Assembly (NCBI GenBank): GCA_029715105.1
Contig: CP085695.1
Coordinates: 300,001 to 332,000, forward strand
Direction: 5' to 3'
DNA: 32,000 nt
DNA from: Candidatus Saccharimonadota bacterium
GTDB taxonomy: Bacteria; Pseudomonadota; Alphaproteobacteria; Rickettsiales; Anaplasmataceae
Under the pieces are notes generated by a model. It was not told the origin of the DNA and did not search any database. It saw only the letters and a list, made by a program, of their open reading frames with translations. Shown piece by piece: positions 26,124-32,000 of the stretch. The position numbers and the translations under genes are program-made. Numbering within the stretch: position 1 is the first letter of the stretch; every line of letters starts with the position of its first letter.

Positions 26124-27500
26124 ATGTATAGTAAAATATTAATAAGGAATAACCTAAGACCTTTAGTTGGAAAAATTAAAATTAATGGGTCAAAAAATGC
26201 TGTATTACCAATAGTAGCGGCAAGTTTGCTGAGTAATTTTTCAATAACTATATATAATGTACCTAATTTAATTGATATACATTTAATGTCTAAGTTATTA
26301 AGAGCTCTTGGAGCAAAAGTAAATTTTATATATAACAAATTTTATAAAGCAAATCATATTTTAGAAATTGATTGTAGTAATATTAGAAATTACGTAATAC
26401 CTTGTGAGACTGCAAATAAATTTAGAGCATCATTTTTGATAATGGGTCCGATGCTTAGTAGGTTTGGGAAAGTAAGAACGGTATTTCCTGGTGGATGTAA
26501 TATTGGAAAACGTCCAATTGATATGCATGTTAGAGCATTAGAAAAAATGGGTGCTAAAATTGAGATTGATGGTTGCAATATAATTGCAACTGTAAGAGGA
26601 AAATTACAAGGAAAAAAAATTACTTTTGAAAAAATAAGTGTTGGTGCAACGGAGAATATAATAATGGCAGCAACGCTTGCGGAAGGGATAACGGTAATAA
26701 ACAATGCTGCAATAGAACCAGAAGTTTTGGATTTGATAGGGTTATTAAAAAAAATGGGTGCTGATATTAGTATTAATAGTGATGAAGTAGATTTTTCTAA
26801 TATTATTTCAGCGCGCAATTATAAGAGGAGTTACAATAAATCTCTTTTGGGTGGTCATATAGCGACAAGAAAAATTATAAAAGGGGTTATAACAATAAGG
26901 GGAGTTAAGGTATTAAATGGATGTTCTTATAAGATAATGTCAGATCGTATAGAGGCGGGTACATATGCATTAGCTGCTGTAATAACTGGTGGTAAATTAA
27001 TGTTAGAAGGAATATCTAATATAGAATGTATTATAAACGAATTAAGATCTATAGGAGCATCAATTGAATTAAATGATAATGGTATTTTTGTTTCTAGAAA
27101 AAATAATTTTATTAAGTCTATTAATGTTTCAACAGGCTCGTATCCTGATTTTCCTAGCGATATGCAACCACAATTGATATCTACGATGTGTATTGCTAAT
27201 GGAGTATCTGTGATAGAAGAAAATATTTTTGAAAAAAGGTTTATGCACGTGGGTGAATTAAAAAAATTAGGTGCTAATATTAGTATTAAGAAAAGTAAAG
27301 CCATTATAAATGGAGTGAGAAGTTTATATGGAGCTAATTTATATGCTACAGACTTAAGATCAAATGCAGCTTTAATACTTGCTTCTTTAGTAGCAAATGG
27401 AGAAACTACAATAAGTAATTCGTATCATTTATGTAGGGGATACGAAGCAATGTGTGAAAAATTGAATTCATGTGGAGCTGATATCTCTATTTTATCTTAA
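26124..27500 (+). CDS. murA: UDP-N-acetylglucosamine 1-carboxyvinyltransferase
   Basis: The 458-aa ORF has the N-terminal INGSKNAVLPIVAASLL and the active-site loop PGGCNIGKRPID (catalytic Cys present). SDRIEAGTYALAAVITGG and DLRSNAALILASLVANGET are also present. Compared with E. coli MurA it contains an extra segment of about 30 aa (see findings). Confidence 0.95.
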   Translation: MYSKILIRNNLRPLVGKIKINGSKNAVLPIVAASLLSNFSITIYNVPNLIDIHLMSKLLRALGAKVNFIYNKFYKANHILEIDCSNIRNYVIPCETANKFRASFLIMGPMLSRFGKVRTVFPGGCNIGKRPIDMHVRALEKMGAKIEIDGCNIIATVRGKLQGKKITFEKISVGATENIIMAATLAEGITVINNAAIEPEVLDLIGLLKKMGADISINSDEVDFSNIISARNYKRSYNKSLLGGHIATRKIIKGVITIRGVKVLNGCSYKIMSDRIEAGTYALAAVITGGKLMLEGISNIECIINELRSIGASIELNDNGIFVSRKNNFIKSINVSTGSYPDFPSDMQPQLISTMCIANGVSVIEENIFEKRFMHVGELKKLGANISIKKSKAIINGVRSLYGANLYATDLRSNAALILASLVANGETTISNSYHLCRGYEAMCEKLNSCGADISILS

Positions 27501-27518
27501 AGGATAAGGTAGTATTTT

Positions 27519-28385
27519 ATGGGCGATGGAAAGAGTTATTTAACCAAGAGAACTACAGTAAAAGAAATAGATAAAATTCTTTATGAGAAATATAAAGTAT
27601 TAGATCATGGATTTATTCGAATAATAGATTATATGGGATCTGATAACGCTATAGTTCAAGCTGCTCGTGTTTCCTATGGAAAAGGTACAAAACAAATTAG
27701 TCAAGATGAAGCACTTATAAGGTATTTAATGAGACACAATCATACAACTCCATTTGAGATGTGTGAAATTAAATTTCATGTAAAACTTCCTATTTTTATT
27801 GCAAGACAATGGATAAGGCATAGAACTGCAAATGTAAATGAATATTCAACAAGATATTCAATACTGGATAACGAGTTTTATATACCAAAGCCAGAGCGCA
27901 TTGCAAAGCAGTCTGATAGTAATAAACAGGGTAGCGGCGAAGTTTTTGACTTATCTTTTTCAAAAGAAATAATAAATTCATTAATAAAAGACTCTAATTT
28001 AGTGTATTCTCATTACAAAAGATTTATTCAGCAAAAACTTGCAAAAGAAATTTCAAGAACTAATCTAATGCTTAATTATTATACCCAATTTTATTGGAAA
28101 ATAGATTTACATAATCTTCTTCATTTTTTAAAGCTTAGAGTTAATAAGCATGCTCAGTATGAGATTAGAGTATATGCAGAAGTTATGTTAGATATAGTAA
28201 AAAAATGGGTTCCAATAACGTATAAAGCCTTTGTTGAATATTGCTTGGAATCTATTCATATTTCAAAAGCTGGTTTAGGTATAATACGAAAATTAATCAG
28301 ACGAGAAAATGTTACTAAAGAAGATGGAGTTGTTAGTGATAGAGAATGGGATGAATTGATGTCAATACTTGATAAAAAATTTTAA
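27519..28385 (+). CDS. thyX: Flavin-dependent thymidylate synthase
   Basis: The 288-aa ORF contains the ThyX motif [14 protein letters not shown] (RHR-x7-S) within the typical context QWIRHR. It starts 18 nt after the murA stop and is probably co-transcribed with it. Confidence 0.93.
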   Translation: MGDGKSYLTKRTTVKEIDKILYEKYKVLDHGFIRIIDYMGSDNAIVQAARVSYGKGTKQISQDEALIRYLMRHNHTTPFEMCEIKFHVKLPIFIARQWIRHRTANVNEYSTRYSILDNEFYIPKPERIAKQSDSNKQGSGEVFDLSFSKEIINSLIKDSNLVYSHYKRFIQQKLAKEISRTNLMLNYYTQFYWKIDLHNLLHFLKLRVNKHAQYEIRVYAEVMLDIVKKWVPITYKAFVEYCLESIHISKAGLGIIRKLIRRENVTKEDGVVSDREWDELMSILDKKF

Positions 28386-29268
28386 AAATATATGTGTGTT
28401 ATTTATATAGAGGGTAATTCAAATTTTACCAAAACATTTATGTATAAGGTAATTTTAAGTTTTATTTGGTTTGTTTTATGTAAAATATTTGTATAAGATA
28501 TGTTTTTAGTGATACTTTCTAGTAAAGTTATGTTGAAAAATTCTAAATTAGAACTAATAGATTGTGAATTTAATCTTAATAGATTTATATTATCGCTCTC
28601 TTTATTCTTTTTAATGGGGAATTTGATATGATAATTGAAGATATTTAAAGTTTTTATTTGGTTTTTGATCACTATTATATAGTGTTAACAGTAAAATAGC
28701 AGCTTCGCTCCAATTTAGATTGATCGTTGAATTTTTTAATTCAATAGATTATTAATACTAATTAAGTATGCTTTTATTGTTGTATTATTTATAAATATTG
28801 TAATATTACAGTTGGGAAATTTTACAACATTATGCTTATATGATTTCTATCTAGATTAATTTATAAATGTTTGGTTATTTTGAATTTTGAAAATATGGAT
28901 TAATATTGGTTTTATGAAAGGGTATTATGAATATATAATTTGTAATATCCACAATCAAATACATTTATCAAGTTTAGATATGAGAGAAAAAGAAAAGTAG
29001 TGTAATAAATTTAATGGAGGAAATTAATCTGAGCCATTTTTTAAAGCATAGTTTAAAAGTATAATTTCTGTTAGTGTGTTTAAGATATTTATTAATTTTC
29101 TTTTAAACTTAATTAAGTTAAATAACGGGTTTTGTTTATGTTAGATAAACTGAAATTTAAATTATTGATAATATTTAGATTATAAAGTATGGTTTAATAA
29201 TGAAACCTTATTGAGGTATTAAACAAGATAGTCAACAAAATAATTGTTTCAATAAAATACAATTTAAG

Positions 29269-30153
29269 ATGTTAAATTTACCTAAAGTATCTGGCATTTG
29301 TCGCTATAATGTTTTGATGTCTAATGTAACGTGGTTAAGAGTTGGAGGAAAGGTCGATGTTTTGTTCAAACCACGTGATATTCAAAGTTTAATGTATTTA
29401 ATTAAAAGTACTGAGCTGACAATTAATATTATTGGTGCAACGTCTAATATAATAGTACGAGATAACGGGATTCGAGGTATAACTGTAAAATTAGGTAAGG
29501 AATTTGCATATATTAAATATAAGAATAATAATTCTATTATTGCTGGCGGTGGAGCTTTGCTTACTAATCTAGCTTATTCTGCAATGGAGCAACAAATTAG
29601 TGGATTTGAGTTTTTAGTTGGAATTCCAGGTACAGTTGGTGGTGGATTGGAAATGAATGCAGGCTCATATGGAGGTGATATTGCAGGTATTGTAAAATCT
29701 ATAAAAGCTGTGAGTCTAGAGGATGGTAATTTATATGAATTTTCTAGTAGTGAAATGGGTTATTTTTATCGCGGACATAATTTGACGGGGCGGTGGATTT
29801 TTATTGAAGCCGAATTTACGGGAGTAAATTCGGAGTATGAAATTATATTTCACAAGATTAAAGATATTCTTGATAAGAAAAATAAAAGTCAGCCGATAAG
29901 AGAAAAGACTGCAGGTTGTATGTTTAAAAATCCAAAGAGTGAGAAAGCATGGAGGTTAATTGATAAATCTGGTTGTCGTGGATTAAATAATGGAAAAGCT
30001 AAGGTTTCTAGTAAACATTGTAATTTTTTACTGAATTATTGTAATGCAACTGCGTGTGATTTAGAGAGTCTTGGTAATAATGTAAGAAATATAGTAAGAG
30101 ATAAGTTTAATATTGAACTTGAGTGGGAAATAAGAGTTTTGGGTAACTTATAA
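29269..30153 (+). CDS. murB: UDP-N-acetylenolpyruvoylglucosamine reductase
   Basis: The 294-aa ORF has FAD-binding segments TWLRVGG, IGATSNIIVRDNGIRG and LVGIPGTVGGGLEMNAGSYG. The C-terminal part contains AGCMFKNP and AKVSSKHCNFLLN. Confidence 0.93.
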   Translation: MLNLPKVSGICRYNVLMSNVTWLRVGGKVDVLFKPRDIQSLMYLIKSTELTINIIGATSNIIVRDNGIRGITVKLGKEFAYIKYKNNNSIIAGGGALLTNLAYSAMEQQISGFEFLVGIPGTVGGGLEMNAGSYGGDIAGIVKSIKAVSLEDGNLYEFSSSEMGYFYRGHNLTGRWIFIEAEFTGVNSEYEIIFHKIKDILDKKNKSQPIREKTAGCMFKNPKSEKAWRLIDKSGCRGLNNGKAKVSSKHCNFLLNYCNATACDLESLGNNVRNIVRDKFNIELEWEIRVLGNL

Positions 30154-30185
30154 AGTTTCTATTTTAGAAATATATATATTTATAG

Positions 30186-30208
30186 TTTTCGAGATTTTTC
30201 GAGATTTT
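30186..30208. repeat. Tandem 10-mer TTTTCGAGAT, two full copies plus a partial third
   Basis: Positions 30186-30195 and 30196-30205 are identical, followed by TTT. The repeat overlaps the left arm of the hairpin at 30202-30226. Confidence 0.8.
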
Positions 30209-30226
30209 GAAAGTTAAAATCTTTTT
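30202..30226 (+). terminator. Candidate rho-independent terminator after murB
   Basis: AGATTTT (30202-30208), loop GAAAGTT, AAAATCT (30216-30222), then TTTT (30223-30226). The stem is 7 bp and AT-rich, so it is weak. Confidence 0.3.
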
Positions 30227-30454
30227 AGTTTCTGAAAGTGTTTGCAGATTTATTAATTTAGCTTATAATGCTAATCCATATTTAGTTTTTGATTTATTAT
30301 TTTGTTGTTATTTATTGTTATTTTGTACTAAGTATTCTAGAATAGAAATAGGATAGGGATAAAATAAAAGAAAATTAAGGGGAGTCTTTTTATAAAGTTG
30401 TCTGGTAAGGGCCTTAATCTATTTAAAATTTGTTTGTCGTTTTATATATTTTAA

Positions 30455-30958
30455 ATGAGAGTGTTTGATACATTTCATATGTATGTTCAGAATTTTTGTA
30501 TATTGATTTTTTGTTTTAGTATTTTTATTTCATATAGTGTTGGAGCTAAATCTAAAGTGGGATTTAGTAAAAAATATATACCACAAGGCAATCCTGGTGG
30601 TGCACATTTTTATGAAGATGAAGACTTTGTCAAGTCATATATATTGTATGAGAAACGTAGAGAACTTATGAAGAAAAAGAAATTGCAAGCTAAAGTTATT
30701 AATGCTAGCATAAATAGAGAGAACTTGATCAAAGAATTAAAGAAGAGAAAAGTTACTATTCTTGACAAATTAGATAATGTGGTAGTTTGTGCAAGTGAAA
30801 ATGGTAATGATAATAATGTAATGATAAACCAATATGGTATTAATATTGCGTGCTTGAAAGGAGCAGTATTTATAGACCATCAGATTCAGCATGAGAGCGA
30901 AAAATTTGAAGACAAAATAGAAGAGAGAGTTAATCCAATGATAGAGGAGGTGTCTTAG
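30455..30958 (+). CDS. Hypothetical exported protein (signal peptide plus charged coiled region)
   Basis: The 167-aa ORF has an N-terminal hydrophobic segment, NFCILIFCFSIFISYSVGA/KS, followed by a K/E-rich helix-like stretch (EKRRELMKKKKLQAKVINASINRENLIKELKKRK). I recognise no family motif. The start could be M1 (30455) or M9. Confidence 0.5.
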   Translation: MRVFDTFHMYVQNFCILIFCFSIFISYSVGAKSKVGFSKKYIPQGNPGGAHFYEDEDFVKSYILYEKRRELMKKKKLQAKVINASINRENLIKELKKRKVTILDKLDNVVVCASENGNDNNVMINQYGINIACLKGAVFIDHQIQHESEKFEDKIEERVNPMIEEVS

Positions 30959-31069
30959 AAGGTATTTTAAGGATTTTTGAGAGTACGTGATTTACTATTA
31001 TTGATTTATAAAATGGTTTAAATTGCCTAAAATATAAGTCAGGAAGGTTCTAGGTTTGAGGAGTTATTT

Positions 31070-32000
31070 GTGTTAGATGGAGATTTTGCAGATTATTGTT
31101 TTAATGATGAATCTATTTCTAGACATGATACTCATACTGTAAACGTTGGACATGTGAAAATAGGAGGAAATAATCCTGTAGTTGTTCAATCTATGGCACT
31201 TGGTACATATATAGATGCTAATGATATAAAGGGTGGTGCTAAACGGTATGCAAAAGAAATAATAGAGCTTGCATGTGCAGGTTCTGAGTTAGTAAGAATA
31301 GCTTTAAATTCAGAAGAAGTAGTGAAAGCGATACCTTTTATAGTAGAAGAAATAAATAAAAAGGGTTTTGACGCTAAAATGTTAGTAGGTTGTGGACAAT
31401 ATGAATTAGATAGATTAGTTAGAAGTTATCCAAATAATATTAGCATGCTTGGCAAAATTAGAGTAAATCCAGGTAATATAGGTTTTGGTGAGGAACGTGA
31501 TAAAAAATTTGAAAGAGTTATAGAATATGCAATAAAATATGATATTCCAATTAGAATCGGAGTAAATTGGGGAAGTCTTGATAAATATCTTTTACAAAAA
31601 ATTATGGATAGAAATTTCTTGTTCGATCATTTGAAATCTTCTGACGTTTTATTGCGGAAAGTTCTTGTAATGTCGGCATTAAATAGTGCACAAAAGGCAG
31701 AAAAAATTGGTCTTAGCGCAAACAAAATAGTTATTTCATGTAAAGTTAGTAGAGTAAAAGACTTGATTTCAGTTTATACAATGCTTGCGAGACATTCTAA
31801 TTATGCTTTGCATTTAGGTTTAACTGAAGCTGGCATGGGTAATAAAGGTGTGATAAATACTACTGCAGGGCTTACTTATTTATTACAAAATGGCATTGGA
31901 AATACTATACGTGCTTCTTTAACTCAACACTCTAATGAGTCAAGAATTAATGAAGTAATAGTATGTCAGGAAATATTACAATCTATAGGTTTACGTTATT
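31070..32000 (+). CDS. ispG: 4-hydroxy-3-methylbut-2-en-1-yl diphosphate synthase (IspG/GcpE), 5' part, runs off the window
   Basis: This ORF is not in the track. GTG at 31070 is preceded by GAGGAG (31058-31063), and an in-frame TAA lies at 31028-31030. The translation [46 protein letters not shown]...[10 protein letters not shown]...RIGVNWGSL...HLGLTEAG...IRASLT carries the IspG signature segments. Confidence 0.9.
   Translation, partial: MLDGDFADYCFNDESISRHDTHTVNVGHVKIGGNNPVVVQSMALGTYIDANDIKGGAKRYAKEIIELACAGSELVRIALNSEEVVKAIPFIVEEINKKGFDAKMLVGCGQYELDRLVRSYPNNISMLGKIRVNPGNIGFGEERDKKFERVIEYAIKYDIPIRIGVNWGSLDKYLLQKIMDRNFLFDHLKSSDVLLRKVLVMSALNSAQKAEKIGLSANKIVISCKVSRVKDLISVYTMLARHSNYALHLGLTEAGMGNKGVINTTAGLTYLLQNGIGNTIRASLTQHSNESRINEVIVCQEILQSIGLRY

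Noticed and set aside
26087-27981. Long antisense ORFs inside murA (26087-26338, 26390-26818, 26927-27304) and thyX (27796-27981)
   Set aside because: A 142-codon antisense ORF stands out in AT-rich DNA. However, the translations are I/L/S/F/P-rich mirror sequence of a conserved enzyme gene, with no start context. I treat them as shadow ORFs. Only strand-specific expression data would change that view.
28403-28672. ORF 28403-28672 (-), 89 aa, in the thyX-murB gap
   Set aside because: It is an N/I/K/L low-complexity peptide with no recognisable domain, signal or ribosome-binding context. It has a vaguely repeat-like pattern (NLEFFNITLLESITKNISYTNIL), but that is too weak to call. I kept it only as part of the gap finding.
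1-32000. A search for CRISPR arrays, transposases or IS ends, prophage genes, toxin-antitoxin pairs, rRNA genes and long dispersed repeats
   Set aside because: I saw none. The only repeats found are two 10-mer tandem duplications, the 15-nt tmRNA direct repeat and short hairpins. No integrase-, transposase- or phage-like ORF appears in the six-frame track.

Overview
The window is very AT-rich, with long A/T-only spacers, and has the gene content of an obligate intracellular alphaproteobacterium (Rickettsiales). It looks Anaplasmataceae/Wolbachia-like. That placement is inference from three things: a permuted two-piece tmRNA whose tag is ANDNFAADNNVALAA, an NDUFA12-like gene, and retained murA/murB/rodA. 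Almost all of the window is housekeeping: rpmJ, pepA, lgt, smpB, an NDUFA12-like gene, an mrpD-like gene, rodA, gmk, tRNA-Ser(GCU), ppa, coq7, a dsbB-like gene, nrdB, bamE, ssrA, an sspB-like gene, yggT, ftsK, alaS, ileS, miaB, murA, thyX, murB and the 5' part of ispG. I found no mobile elements, CRISPR arrays, rRNA genes or clear pseudogenes, and no convincing multi-gene novel system. Six things seem most worth a second look. (1) A 601-aa pentapeptide-repeat protein with a signal peptide. (2) The ssrA locus: permuted gene order, a non-canonical T-loop, an exact 15-nt direct repeat in both tmRNA pieces, and an sspB-like adaptor gene starting about 20 nt after the tmRNA. (3) Three non-coding stretches of roughly 0.8-0.9 kb that I cannot explain. 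(4) Lineage-specific insertions in MurA and IleRS. (5) Two long perfect hairpins in intergenic spacers. (6) An orphan secreted 167-aa protein. All calls come from reading the sequence and the supplied ORF track by eye. No searches or folding calculations were run.
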